The notes under the pieces were generated by a model that saw nothing but the letters and a program-made list of their open reading frames with translations, was not told the origin of the DNA and searched no databases. Both the position numbers and the translations under genes were made by a program. From a bacterium (lineage in GTDB: Bacteria; UBA8248), in the NCBI GenBank assembly GCA_965202625.1, contig CBDBBI010000010.1:2208001-2272000 (forward strand): a stretch of 64,000 bases of DNA. Direction: 5' to 3'. Positions 30,502 to 43,099 of the stretch are shown here, in pieces (position 1 is the stretch's first letter; each line of letters begins with the position of its first letter).

Positions 30502-30937
30502 ATCTTCAGCCAGCCACCCTTTGAAAAAGTTGGAGAACCGAGGAAATATCTTGCGGCCAAGAGGAGCGTATCGGCGTTGTGCACCGCGTGTCAACACTTG
30601 AAATATGGAGGCGATGCGTTGGGGGGCGGCGTGGAGGGCATGTAGCGCGACAAGAATCATTGCGAATGGCTTGGAAAACCCACCGTTTCAGGGGGCGGGA
30701 AAGGGCGTTGCGCGAGCGATGCAAGGGGGTTTCATTTTTGAGCCTCGCCATCGCGTTTTGACGATGGATTCAGGGCTGATGGCGTCGATCACTTGCCGCG
30801 ACCTGGGCGCATGAATTTCCATCATCCAAGTCAGATGTTGCATTCACGATTCACTCCCGAAGACGGAGGTGAAGAAATATCCGGATTCGGGCTAGAATGA
30901 CGCCGTCACGCGCATCCCTTGATGAAACGGGAAATCT

Positions 30938-32968
30938 ATGAATCAGGCGTTTGTCCGAGAAATAGACCCCATATCCCTTGAAGTGATAAATGAATCCTTC
31001 GTGGCCGTCGTACGAGAGATGCGGGCGAACATGGTGCGGACGGCGTATTCGTCCATCATCTATGAGGGGCATGATTTTTCATGCGTCCTCGTGGATGGCG
31101 AGGGGGGGCTCGTTGCTATGGCGGAGGATAATCCTGTCCATATTTTTCCGGTGCCGATGGAAGTCGCGCAGATGCGTAAACGCTTCTCCGGAGACGTCCA
31201 TCCGGGCGATGTGTTCATTCATAACGATCCCTACACGGGCGGAACGCACCTGAACGACGTGGCGATGGTCGCGCCCCTGTTTGATGGCGCGGAAACGACC
31301 ATCTCCCCCGTCATTCGCGCCCATTGGGGCGATGTGGGCGGCACTACTCCGGGAAGCATTTCCGGCAAGAATACCGAAATTCTCCACGATGGCGTTCGCA
31401 TACCCATACTGCGCATTATCGAAAGAGGAAAAATAAACCAGGGGATTCTTGACCTTCTCCTGCACAATATGCGGGTTCCCGATGAGAGGCGTGGAGATTT
31501 TTTCGCCATGTTGGCCACGTGCCATACAGCCCACAGGCGGCTTGAGGAGTTGGCGGCGAAGTATGGCTGGAGTGCCGTGCTCGCCGCGAAGGATCGTCTG
31601 CTCGATAGGGCCGAGGCTTCCATGCGTCGCAGAATCGCCTCTTTGCCTGATGGAGAATCCACCTATGAGCATTTCATGGATCACGACGGTCACTCGCTCG
31701 AGCCGATACGAATCAGCGTAAAACTCAAGAAATCAGGCGATGGTTTGGTGATTGATTTTCGTGGAACAGACGCGCAGACGAAGGGGGCATACAACGTTGG
31801 GCCCGCCATGGCACCATCCGCCGCTTTCAGCGTCATCAAGTCGTTCCTCGACCCAAAGGGCGCGATCAACCAGGGGGCTTTTCGTCCGCTCCGCATCGAA
31901 GTCGAGCCCGGCTCCTTGCTTTCGGCCCGTTATCCCGCGAGTTGCGCGGGTTCCATGGAGGTGAGCCACGCCGTGGTCTCCGCCTTGATTGGCGTAGCTG
32001 CGCCATTTGCGTCAGGTGCTGTCACGGGCGATTTGAAGGGGACTTCGAATCATGTCTATATCGGAGGGGATGCTTCCCAAAACCACAAGCCTTTCTTGTT
32101 CTACGAGTTTCCAGCGGGTGGCACCGGAGGATTTAAGGAGGGCGACGGCAACAACGCTACCCGGAATTTCACCGAAGGGGACTTCGCTTCGATTCAATCC
32201 ATCGAGGTCATTGAGCAGAGTCAACCCTTGCGGATAAGGGAACTCTCGTTGCGCACGGATTCAGGCGGGGCCGGAACCCATAGAGGCGGGCTGGGTCTGC
32301 GTCGTGAAGTGGAAGTGCTGGCCGATAACGCCCTGCTGTCGATTTCCTCTGACAAGAACGTCATTCCTCCGTTCGGTATATTTGGAGGCAGGCCGGGGAA
32401 ACCCAATCGATTTATCGTAAGAAGGGGCGTTGAAATCCTGATGCCCTCCGAAACGCCCGGCAAGGCGGCGGGTTTTCCTCTGCTTCGAGGCGATGTTCTT
32501 GTCATGGAGACTTCTGGTGGAGGCGGTTTTGGGGATCCCCTTGAGCGGGATGACGCGTTGGTTCTCGCCGACGTGAGAGCCGGCTACGTGACGGAAGAGG
32601 GAGCCAGGAAGGATTACGCCGTTCTCGTGCGAGAGGGAGTCGTGGATGGAGATAGGACGCGCGCCTCTCGGCGCGCTGCCCAAATTGCAAGGTGTTCCCT
32701 GGGGGTAGTTCAAAAAAATGAAAAAAACCGGGCGGGTTCCCGCCGCAGATGTTATGCGAGTCCAGCAACGCTTGCGCGACGGAATCTCCGTGAGGGAGGT
32801 TTGGTCGAGTTGAGCGGAAAATGGGGGGTTCCCCTCCGCGCCTGGATGGAGAAAGACGCGGCCCTGCCGGAGAACGCGATAGGTTTGGATGCGGTTGGCA
32901 GGGCCATGCTCGATGCGGGAGAAGGAGAGGAAATTTTTTTGTCTTCCGTGGACGCATGGGCGGTTTGA
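30938..32968 (+). CDS. Hydantoinase B/oxoprolinase family protein
   Basis: RTAYSSII, HNDPYTGGTHLND, AHWGDVGG, DSGGAG.HRGGLG, GGGGFGDP. Confidence 0.93.
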   Translation: MNQAFVREIDPISLEVINESFVAVVREMRANMVRTAYSSIIYEGHDFSCVLVDGEGGLVAMAEDNPVHIFPVPMEVAQMRKRFSGDVHPGDVFIHNDPYTGGTHLNDVAMVAPLFDGAETTISPVIRAHWGDVGGTTPGSISGKNTEILHDGVRIPILRIIERGKINQGILDLLLHNMRVPDERRGDFFAMLATCHTAHRRLEELAAKYGWSAVLAAKDRLLDRAEASMRRRIASLPDGESTYEHFMDHDGHSLEPIRISVKLKKSGDGLVIDFRGTDAQTKGAYNVGPAMAPSAAFSVIKSFLDPKGAINQGAFRPLRIEVEPGSLLSARYPASCAGSMEVSHAVVSALIGVAAPFASGAVTGDLKGTSNHVYIGGDASQNHKPFLFYEFPAGGTGGFKEGDGNNATRNFTEGDFASIQSIEVIEQSQPLRIRELSLRTDSGGAGTHRGGLGLRREVEVLADNALLSISSDKNVIPPFGIFGGRPGKPNRFIVRRGVEILMPSETPGKAAGFPLLRGDVLVMETSGGGGFGDPLERDDALVLADVRAGYVTEEGARKDYAVLVREGVVDGDRTRASRRAAQIARCSLGVVQKNEKNRAGSRRRCYASPATLARRNLREGGLVELSGKWGVPLRAWMEKDAALPENAIGLDAVGRAMLDAGEGEEIFLSSVDAWAV

Positions 32969-33197
32969 TGAACTCTCCACTTGATAACGAGACGTTCTTG
33001 TCTGCGTGATTTTGAAGGGGGGCCTTATTATACAATCTTATCCAGCGAAGCTAGGGGTTAGCTTCGCGAACTTCGCTCAAGAATAGCCGGCCGATAGAGG
33101 AAATTATGAGGTATCAAGTCGTTTTATGAAGGGTAAAACCTATTCGGCTTTCTTTTCTTTAGTCTAATTTTGACGCTCATCAAAATCGAAGGATTTC

Positions 33198-34960
<1,763 letters not shown>

Positions 34961-35106
34961 AATGATAAGCGCCCAAGAGGTCGGCCGGTTGGAGAATGCC
35001 GCCGCCAATACCGGGTACGCCGGAAGACATTTTAAGAGCGTCCCAGCTAGGTTATGGGTTTGGCTAAAATTTTCTATAAGCCCTTTTTGAAGGGGTAGGC
35101 AGCGAA

Positions 35107-37131
35107 TTGAGCCTCCTCGGGATAGACACCGGAGGAACTTTTACCGATCTGGTTTTCTATGATGAAGACGAGATGCGGATAAAAGTTTCCAAAATTCCCA
35201 CCATCCGGGGCAAAGAAGATGAGGTTTTTCTCAGGGCGGTTGAGGAGGTGGACGTCTCCTCGCTCATCAGAATTACGCATGGCACCACTGTGGGCACGAA
35301 TACGGTATTAGAGGGAACAGGAGCGCGTACCGCCATTTTGACGACGCGCGGTTTTCGCGACGTCTTGGAGATTGGCCGAACGCAGCGCCTCGTCCCCCGA
35401 ACCTTGTTTGATGCGAAGTTCGTTCGTCCCAAGCCCATCGTTGCCCGAGAGATGCGATTCGAAATGGAAGAGCGCGCCTTGGCCGACGGCCGCTTGCAAA
35501 CCCGCGTCAAGGAGGCGGACGTTGACAGGCAGGCCGAGCGGCTGAAGCAGCTTGGGGTTCAAGCCGTCGCTATTTGCTACTTACACGCCTACGTGAACGC
35601 AGAGAACGAAAGGCGGACGGCGGCGCAGCTCCAGAAAGTCTTGCCGAGCGTATATCTGTCGCTATCCCATGAGGTCGTGCCCGAATATCGTGAGTTTGAG
35701 CGTTTTTCAACGACGGCGCTGAACGCCTATCTCGGCCCCAGAATAAGAGATTATGCGAGCCGGCTGGATGGCGTGCTTCAGGAAAGAGGATGCCGCGCAT
35801 CCCTCTTCATCATGTCTTCCAACGGTGGAATGCTGGACGTCGAACGGGCCACCCGATTTCCCGTGCAGACGATACTCTCCGGCCCGGCGGGCGGGGTGGT
35901 GGGCGGGGTTGCCATCGCCGAGGCTCTGAACCTCAAGCATCTGATCACCTACGACATGGGGGGCACCAGCACGGACGTATGCCTTATTCGGGACCGCCAG
36001 CCCGTCATCAGCAGAAACAACTTGGTTGGCTCCTACCCTCTCAAAACCTCGCAACTCCAGATCAATACCGTAGGCGCTGGCGGGGGGAGCGTCGCATGGC
36101 GCGATGAGGACGGTGCGCTTCATATCGGACCCAGGAGCGCGGGCGCGCGCCCGGGTCCCGCCTGTTATGGGTTCGGCGGCGAGGAGCCGACGGTGACGGA
36201 TGCGAACGTGGTTTTGTCTCGCATCGGACCGCGTGCGCTTTTGGCTGGCGGGTTGAAGCTTTATCCTGAGAGGGCGAGACGCGCTCTTCAACTGCTGGCT
36301 GACGACCTGGGCGTCCACGACGCGGTTGCGATGGCGCGCGGGATCATCGACGTTGCCGTGGCGAAGATGGTGAGTTCGATTCGCGAGGTTTCCATTGAGC
36401 GTGGATTCGACCCGAGAGAACATGCGCTGCTCGCCTACGGCGGGGCGGGGCCGCTCCACGCCGCCCTCATAGCGCGGGAATTGGCCATTTCAAGCGTCGT
36501 CATCCCCCGGTTTCCGGGGAATTTCTCAGCCGTTGGCCTTCTGATGTCGGATGTCGTTCAAGAGAATGTCGAGACGCATTTCCTCGCACTGGAGGAAGCG
36601 GAGGAACGCTCCCTTGAGCGCATTTACGAGAGGCTGGCTGCGTCTTCTGCGAATCATCTCCGGGCAGCCGGCTTGAACGAGATTCGCAGCCTTCGCTACT
36701 TGGACGTTCGCTACGTCGGGCAGGCGTTTGAATTGACGATTCCGGTTCGGGAAACCGCCGGCTGGCTGAAGGCGTTGGCGGGGGAGTTTCACGCCCGATA
36801 CGAGCGGCGCTACGGGCATTCTCATCCCGAAGCGCCTTTGGAGATCGTCAGCTTGCGCGCCCGCATATCGGGGATGGTGGATAAGTTGAAGTGGGGGAGG
36901 TCGGCGGAGTCGCCAAGAGATTTGGGGAGCGCGTTGCGGGACAGGAGAGACGTCGTTTTTGAGGATAGCGTGCCGGATTGCCCCGTCTATCATCGAGATT
37001 CCCTGCCCATCCGCCAGGAAATACATGGCCCGGCGGTCATAGAGGAATACGGCTCGAACACCTTGGTGCCGCCCGGCTGGGTGGCGAGCCAGAATGCCGA
37101 GGCGCATCTTCATTTGCGGGCTATGGAATGA
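35107..37131 (+). CDS. Hydantoinase A/oxoprolinase family protein
   Basis: GIDTGGTFTD, HGTT, SGPAGG, DMGGTSTD, GAGGGS, PGPACYG, YGGAGPLH. Confidence 0.94.
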   Translation: MSLLGIDTGGTFTDLVFYDEDEMRIKVSKIPTIRGKEDEVFLRAVEEVDVSSLIRITHGTTVGTNTVLEGTGARTAILTTRGFRDVLEIGRTQRLVPRTLFDAKFVRPKPIVAREMRFEMEERALADGRLQTRVKEADVDRQAERLKQLGVQAVAICYLHAYVNAENERRTAAQLQKVLPSVYLSLSHEVVPEYREFERFSTTALNAYLGPRIRDYASRLDGVLQERGCRASLFIMSSNGGMLDVERATRFPVQTILSGPAGGVVGGVAIAEALNLKHLITYDMGGTSTDVCLIRDRQPVISRNNLVGSYPLKTSQLQINTVGAGGGSVAWRDEDGALHIGPRSAGARPGPACYGFGGEEPTVTDANVVLSRIGPRALLAGGLKLYPERARRALQLLADDLGVHDAVAMARGIIDVAVAKMVSSIREVSIERGFDPREHALLAYGGAGPLHAALIARELAISSVVIPRFPGNFSAVGLLMSDVVQENVETHFLALEEAEERSLERIYERLAASSANHLRAAGLNEIRSLRYLDVRYVGQAFELTIPVRETAGWLKALAGEFHARYERRYGHSHPEAPLEIVSLRARISGMVDKLKWGRSAESPRDLGSALRDRRDVVFEDSVPDCPVYHRDSLPIRQEIHGPAVIEEYGSNTLVPPGWVASQNAEAHLHLRAME

Positions 37132-37149
37132 CGCATCGAGGGGGTGCCC

Positions 37150-38091
37150 ATGAATGGAGCGATGAAATACGGATATAGCCATGGAATGCAGCCGGGCGCC
37201 TTCCCCTCCCATCGGGATTTTTTCGCTTTCGTCGAGAGAGTGGAAAGGGCTGGCTTCGATTCTATCTGGATTGACGATCACATCGCGTTTCGCGGCAATT
37301 ATCTGGAGAGTCTCAGCGCGCTCGCCGCCGTGGCTGCTCGAACCGAACGAATCACCATCGGGAGCCTCGTCTACCTCCTGCCCCTGCGGCGACCACGGTC
37401 GATTATCTGAGCGGGGGCGGACGTTTCATCTTTGGAATCGGAATCGGGGGCGAGGAGACGAAGGAGTTCGACGCTTGCGGCGTGTCGAAAGCAGAGTGCG
37501 GTGCCCGCACGGATGAAGCCATATAGGTTTTGCGCAAATTGTGGTCGGGTGAGCCGACGAACTACCCGGGAGAGTTTTTTCGTTTTTCAGAGGCGCGGCA
37601 AAGCCCTACCCCTTCGAGCGCGGGTGGCCCGCCCGTTTGGGTGGGCGGCAGGAGCGAAGCCTCGCAAAGACGCGCCGCTGCTTTACGGGATGGCTACGTG
37701 CCCTATCTGTTTTCCCCATCGCGCTATGAGAGAGGGATTGAACCGAATTCGCCGCTGCGCCGCCGAGCGAGGAAGGGTGCTGGAGGATCCCCGAAAACCA
37801 TGGACGCCTGTCCTTCACCTGTTCGTCAACCTTCACGAAAAAGAGGACAAGGCGCTGGATGACGGCACCAGAAATCTCTCGATGCGATACGGGAGCAATA
37901 TGCGCGAGGCGGCGAAGAAGTATCTGCTCCATGGGCCGCTCGAGCGTTGCGCGGACGTGATACGCGCATTTTCGAAAGTGGGCGTGAGGCATTTTATCTT
38001 CAAGACGGCGGCGCCTGCCCATGAGGAGGTGGACCATATGGCGAGGCTGACGGAAGAACTCTTGCCGGTGGTGAGACGTCATGTCGGCTGA
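37150..38091 (+). pseudogene. LLM-class flavin-dependent oxidoreductase, disrupted
   Basis: GFDSIWIDDH, RTERITIG, LSGGR..GIGIG, PPVWVGG spread over three frames, with an internal deletion near 37395. Confidence 0.8.
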
Positions 38092-39745
38092 GGCGAGCGG
38101 ACACGTCGATACGTTCGCGCGAGATAATCTTCCGCCCGCCTCTTTGTGGCCGGAGATGAATTATGGTGCCCTGCCGGAGTTGGCGGCGTATCCATCCCGA
38201 ATGAACGCCGGGGTGGAGCTCATAGACAAGGTGGCGGAGGACGCGCAGGGTGCTCGGCCCGCGATTTACTTTGGAGAGACCCTCCGGACGTATCAAACGC
38301 TTTTGGAGAGCGCGAATCGAATCGCCTCGGTGATGAGCGATCAGTTTGGTCTCGTGCCCGGAGGCCGGGTGCTTCTTCGCGCCTCGAATCACCCGATGCT
38401 CGTGGCTGCGTGTCTGGGGATTTTGAAAGCGGGCGGCGTCGTAGTTCCGACCATGCCGGTGATGCGCGAGCGCGAGTTGGTTTATGTGCTTGAAAAAGCC
38501 AGGGTCGAGTTCGCCATTTGCGACGCCCGATTGGGTGCGGACCTGATGGGTGCGGCGAAGTCTTCCGCCTCCCTTGGAGACGTCATTCGCTTCAACGACG
38601 ACGATTCCAGCAGCCTCGAAGCATTGATGACCCAGGCGTCGTCTGAATATCAGAACGTGGATACGGCCGCCGATGACGTCGCTCTCATTGGCTTTACGTC
38701 GGGCTCCACGGGAACCCCGAAAGGGACGATGCATTTTCATCGCGATTTGCTCGCCGCCGCGGATACTTTTCCCAAGTGCCTGTTTGGCCTCGGTCCCGAC
38801 GACGTCGTTTGTGGCAGCCCGCAGATCGCTTTTTTGTATGGCTTTTGCGCTTTCATAACAGATGCTTTGAGATTCGGCAGCTCCATGGTTTTGCTTGAAA
38901 GAGGAACTCCCCGTGATCTCCTGGAGGCCATCCAGAAATACAAGGCGACGGTGTGTTTCAGTACGCCCTCGGGCTATAAGCAGATGCTCGCTATCCTGGA
39001 TGAGCACGATTTGGGCAGCCTTCGCGTCTGCGTTGCGGGGGGAGAGCCTTTGGCCCCTTCCGTGTTCGGCGAATGGCGCGAGAGGACGGGGGTGGAGATC
39101 ATCAACGGCCTAGGTGTCTCCGAGCTGCTTCACATATTCGTTTCGGCCAGCGGCGAGGACATTCGTCCTGGAACGATTGGCCGGGCGGTGCCGGGCTATC
39201 AGGTTCGGGTCGTGGACGATGCGATGGAGGACGCAGCCCCGGAAGAAGTGGGGCAGTTGATTGTCAAGGGACCCACCGGATGTCGTTATCTCGATGATAT
39301 CGAAAGACAGCGGAATTACGTGCGCGATGGCTGGAACCTGACGGGAGACCTCTGCCGCGTCGATGAGGATGGGTATATTTTCTTCGAAGCGCGATCCGAC
39401 GATATGATCAACACCGGAGGATATAACGTATCCGGGCTGGAGGTAGAGGCCGTGCTGCTCGAACACCCGAGGGTGCGCGAGTGTGCCGTGGTGGGTTCGC
39501 CGAATCTCGAGCGAGGAGAAATCGTGAAGGCGTTTGTCGTTCTCGCGGAATCTTCGACCGCTGAAACCCCCGAGGGGCGGAATGAGACCATTGAGGAACT
39601 GCAGGATTTCGTGAAATCGCAGATTGCACCGTATAAGTATCCGAGAGCCGTGGAGTTCATCGCAAGCCTTCCCCTCACGCCCACGGGAAAGATACAAAGA
39701 GGCGCTTTGAGGAAATTGGAGATAGAGCGCAGCGCAGAAAGCTGA
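38081..39745 (+). CDS. Aryl-CoA ligase, 2-aminobenzoate-CoA ligase-like
   Basis: N-terminal SGHVDTFARDNLPP, FTSGSTGTPKGTMHFHRD, GPTGCRYLDD, APYKYPR, LPLTPTGK. Confidence 0.85.
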   Translation: MSAEASGHVDTFARDNLPPASLWPEMNYGALPELAAYPSRMNAGVELIDKVAEDAQGARPAIYFGETLRTYQTLLESANRIASVMSDQFGLVPGGRVLLRASNHPMLVAACLGILKAGGVVVPTMPVMRERELVYVLEKARVEFAICDARLGADLMGAAKSSASLGDVIRFNDDDSSSLEALMTQASSEYQNVDTAADDVALIGFTSGSTGTPKGTMHFHRDLLAAADTFPKCLFGLGPDDVVCGSPQIAFLYGFCAFITDALRFGSSMVLLERGTPRDLLEAIQKYKATVCFSTPSGYKQMLAILDEHDLGSLRVCVAGGEPLAPSVFGEWRERTGVEIINGLGVSELLHIFVSASGEDIRPGTIGRAVPGYQVRVVDDAMEDAAPEEVGQLIVKGPTGCRYLDDIERQRNYVRDGWNLTGDLCRVDEDGYIFFEARSDDMINTGGYNVSGLEVEAVLLEHPRVRECAVVGSPNLERGEIVKAFVVLAESSTAETPEGRNETIEELQDFVKSQIAPYKYPRAVEFIASLPLTPTGKIQRGALRKLEIERSAES

Positions 39746-40010
39746 ACGAGCGTCGTTCGCGTGGGAGACGCTGATGAGATTGTAGATTCTCGCCGCCCCG
39801 CAACGCCGGCGGGTTGCGCCAGCGTTGCGCGCGGCTTGGTAAACGCCTGTTGGCGTCTTTTTGGAGTGAATGTCGCCTCTTGGGAAAATCAGAGATGGAT
39901 TCTGATGCGAAAATGAGAGATAATAATCACTTACACATCAGAAGCGATTTCTCATTTCGAGATTCACGCAAAATGAGAAGCGTGTCTTTTCCAGCCGAGG
40001 AGGGAAGAAT

Positions 40011-40979
40011 ATGAAAATGCGTCACGTCCTGTGGTCCATTCTGATATCTGCTTTCGCCGCTTTCTTTCCGTTGCAGCAGGCTTCGGCGGCCTACCCGGAG
40101 AAGCCGATTCAGTTTATCATTCCCTTTGGTGCGGGCGGCGGTGCGGACATCGAAGGTCGCCTGCTCGCCAAGGAGATGGCGAAAATCCTTGGCGTCCCCT
40201 TGGTGGCCATCAACAAGCCGGGAGCGGGCGGTGCCGTCACCTATACCTTCCTGAAAAATGCCAAGCCAGACGGCTATACGGTGGCCTGGAATTCAACGTC
40301 TATCCTCACCTCCACGAACATCGGCAACGTTCCGTGGGGCTACCAAGCCCTGGATCATATCGGGCGGGTCCACTTCCAGCCTCTGGTCGTGGCGGTGAAC
40401 TCCAAATCAAAATGGAAGACGGTCGCCGATTTTGTGAGCGATTGCAAGAAAAAGCCAAATACGCTCAAGGTTGGCCATGCGGGAACCGGAAGCACGACCC
40501 ATCTCACGGCCGTCGTCTTCACGAAGATGACCGGGTGTGAGGCCATCCTTATTCCTCTGGGCGTCAAGCGGCGCAACGCCGCGCTTCTGAGCGGGGAGGT
40601 TGACGCCATGGGAGCACCTCTTACGGGAGCGGTGCGTCTGTGGAAGGCGAAGAAGTTTCACATCCTCACCCATTTGACGGGGGAGCGTAACCAGACGATT
40701 GAGAGCGTGCCCACCATGAAAGAACTCGGATATGACATCTCCTTCGATCATTTTCGGGGTCTCAGCGTGCCTAAGGGGACGCCTGCGGAGGTGAAGGCGA
40801 AACTCGTGGACGCCATGACAAAAGCGGCGCGCTCGAAGGCTTTTGCGAATCTGGCGAAAACCAAGGGATTCACGATCGATCCGAGCGGGCCCGAGGTATT
40901 CGGAAAGATGCTCGCCGAGCGGGACAAGATTGTCGCTGATATCATGAAGGCTTCGGGCATCTACCGGTCCAACAAGTAG
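40011..40979 (+). CDS. tctC: Tripartite tricarboxylate transporter substrate-binding protein (TctC/Bug)
   Basis: Signal peptide, YPEKPI..IIPFGAGGGAD, NKPGAGG, VPTMKELG, PKGTP. Confidence 0.92.
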   Translation: MKMRHVLWSILISAFAAFFPLQQASAAYPEKPIQFIIPFGAGGGADIEGRLLAKEMAKILGVPLVAINKPGAGGAVTYTFLKNAKPDGYTVAWNSTSILTSTNIGNVPWGYQALDHIGRVHFQPLVVAVNSKSKWKTVADFVSDCKKKPNTLKVGHAGTGSTTHLTAVVFTKMTGCEAILIPLGVKRRNAALLSGEVDAMGAPLTGAVRLWKAKKFHILTHLTGERNQTIESVPTMKELGYDISFDHFRGLSVPKGTPAEVKAKLVDAMTKAARSKAFANLAKTKGFTIDPSGPEVFGKMLAERDKIVADIMKASGIYRSNK

Positions 40980-41003
40980 CCGCGCGAGTCGCGCGCGCCA
41001 TAT

Positions 41004-41044
41004 GGGGCCGCCTCCTTCTCTGGCGAGGGAGCGGCCCTCGTTTT
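41004..41044 (+). terminator. GC-rich hairpin with T-tract after tctC
   Basis: GGGCCGC..CCT / AGGGAGCGGCCC followed by GTTTT. Confidence 0.5.
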
Positions 41045-41080
41045 GCGATTCCTTCTCTCTCGTGGAACGGGTTATATGCG

Positions 41081-41557
41081 ATGGGCTTAAGAAATATCGT
41101 CGGCGCGCTGGCCATCCTTGGTTTTACGCTCTACTATGGTGGTCTTGCCGCCCTGCTTCCAAAGCGAGCCACCACCGATGCGCCGGGGCCTCATTTTTTC
41201 CCCTACCTGATCACCGTCTCGATACTCTTTCTCACCGGAATGATCTTCCTCCAGGGGGTGAGAGGACTCAAAGGCTCCTCAGGCTTCGCCGACTTGATTC
41301 CCAAGAATTCCTCCGCGAATCAAAATTACAGCCTCGCGCGCGCGGCGGCTGGCCTGCTGCTCACGGGGCTCTATTTTCTTTCTCTTTCCACGTTTGGATT
41401 TTTTTGGGCGACCCCCTTCTTCTTCGCCGCTTTCATGTGGATAACGGGCGAGCGACGCCTTCAGGTTCTTCTCGCCCTTGCGATTGTCGTTCCGATGTTT
41501 TTGTTCTTTTTGTTTCGTGACCTTTTTCAACTTCCTCTGCCAAGGGGAAGTTTTTGA
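41081..41557 (+). CDS. tctB: TctB-family small membrane protein
   Basis: Four TM segments, GPHFFP, LPLPRG. Confidence 0.85.
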   Translation: MGLRNIVGALAILGFTLYYGGLAALLPKRATTDAPGPHFFPYLITVSILFLTGMIFLQGVRGLKGSSGFADLIPKNSSANQNYSLARAAAGLLLTGLYFLSLSTFGFFWATPFFFAAFMWITGERRLQVLLALAIVVPMFLFFLFRDLFQLPLPRGSF

Positions 41558-41569
41558 GGATGACGTCTG

Positions 41570-43084
41570 ATGAACGGTGACGTGCTCCAGGGTTTCTATC
41601 TCGCTCTCGCGCCGACGAGCATCCTGGCCACGGCCTTAGGCGCCCTGCATGGCCTCATATGCGGCATGATGCCGGGATTGACGACGAGCGCGGGCATCAT
41701 CATCCTTTTCCCCGTCACCTTCATTCTGGAGCCCACCACGGCCGTGGCACTTCTGCTCGGCGTCTTCGCGGGCGGAATGACGGGGGGAAGCTTCGCCGCC
41801 ATCCTCATCAACATTCCGGGCTCTCCGTCGGCTTCGGCCACCACGATGGATGGATACCCCCTCACCCAGAAGGGAGAGGCCGGCCGCGCGCTGGGGATTT
41901 CCATCGTCTCCAGCTTCACCGGCGGTGTTTTCAGTTTCTTCTGCCTCATGCTGATCGCTCCGCAACTCACGAAGGTGGCCCTCCAGTTCCAGGCGGCCGA
42001 CCTTTTCGGGCTCGTATTCTTCGGAATGTCGGTCATATCCGCCTTCGCGGCGAAATCGCTCGCAAAGGGGCTGTTGTCCACCTTCCTTGGCCTCATGATC
42101 GTGACGGTGGGGATGGATCCCCTCGTGGGAACGGCTCGCTTCACCTTTGGCAGTGCGAACATGCTCGCTGGAATCCATTTTATCCCCGCCCTCGTGGGCC
42201 TCTTCGCCATTCCGGAGATAGTGGCGAACCTCGCGGAAGGGAACATTCGCTCGGTTGCCTCAAGGTTCGGTCGCGTGTTGCCCAGTTGGGAGGACATCAA
42301 GCGAATCCGGCTTCCGGTGGCTATTGGCTCTGTCGTGGGTACTTTCGTCGGCATCCTGCCGGGAGCAGGTGGTCCGATAGCGGTTTTCGTGAGCTACGAC
42401 TACGCCCAGAAGGCCAGCAAGGAGCCGGAGCAATTCGGCAAGGGTTGCGTCGAGGGAGTGGCCGCTCCTGAATCGGCGAACAGCTCCATCGCCGGCGGCG
42501 CGCTCATTCCGATGATGACGCTCGGGATTCCTGGTGATCCGATAACCGCCATTCTCATCGGCGCCTTGCTGGTCCATGGAATGGCACCGGGACCGCTCCT
42601 TTTCGTGGAGCAGGGTTCTTTCGCGTTTTCCGTCCTTTTCTCGTATTTTATCGCGATATGCAGCACGGCCCTGGTCGCGTTCTTGGGGCTGCGGGTCATC
42701 GTGAAACTGCTGTCCATCCCCCGATCTCTCCTTCTGCCGATCATCGTCGCCCTGTGTGTTTTGGGGACGTATGCGCTGCGAAATTCGTTCTTCGATATCC
42801 ACGTCATGTTCTTTTTCGGTCTCGTGGCCCTCACCTTCAAGTGGCTCGACGTTCCCGTGGTGCCGCTCCTGCTCGCGCTCGTGCTGGGACGCCAGCTCGA
42901 GGAGCATTTGCGGGTCGCCCTCGCCGCGTCAAGAGGCGACGTTTCGGTTTTCTTCACCTCTCCGTGGTGTTTGTTTTTTCTCTGTCTCTCGTTCGTCTCG
43001 TTCGTCTGGCCGTTCTTTCTTGAATGGAGAATAAGGAATAGAGCGGCGAAGCAAGAGTCCCCCCCTGCGCCTTCTTCCGCTTAG
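41570..43084 (+). CDS. tctA: TctA-family permease
   Basis: PGLT, NIPGSP, DGYP, APESANS, LGIPGD, PGPLLF. Confidence 0.93.
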   Translation: MNGDVLQGFYLALAPTSILATALGALHGLICGMMPGLTTSAGIIILFPVTFILEPTTAVALLLGVFAGGMTGGSFAAILINIPGSPSASATTMDGYPLTQKGEAGRALGISIVSSFTGGVFSFFCLMLIAPQLTKVALQFQAADLFGLVFFGMSVISAFAAKSLAKGLLSTFLGLMIVTVGMDPLVGTARFTFGSANMLAGIHFIPALVGLFAIPEIVANLAEGNIRSVASRFGRVLPSWEDIKRIRLPVAIGSVVGTFVGILPGAGGPIAVFVSYDYAQKASKEPEQFGKGCVEGVAAPESANSSIAGGALIPMMTLGIPGDPITAILIGALLVHGMAPGPLLFVEQGSFAFSVLFSYFIAICSTALVAFLGLRVIVKLLSIPRSLLLPIIVALCVLGTYALRNSFFDIHVMFFFGLVALTFKWLDVPVVPLLLALVLGRQLEEHLRVALAASRGDVSVFFTSPWCLFFLCLSFVSFVWPFFLEWRIRNRAAKQESPPAPSSA

Positions 43085-43099
43085 CGGGCGCTTTGGCCG

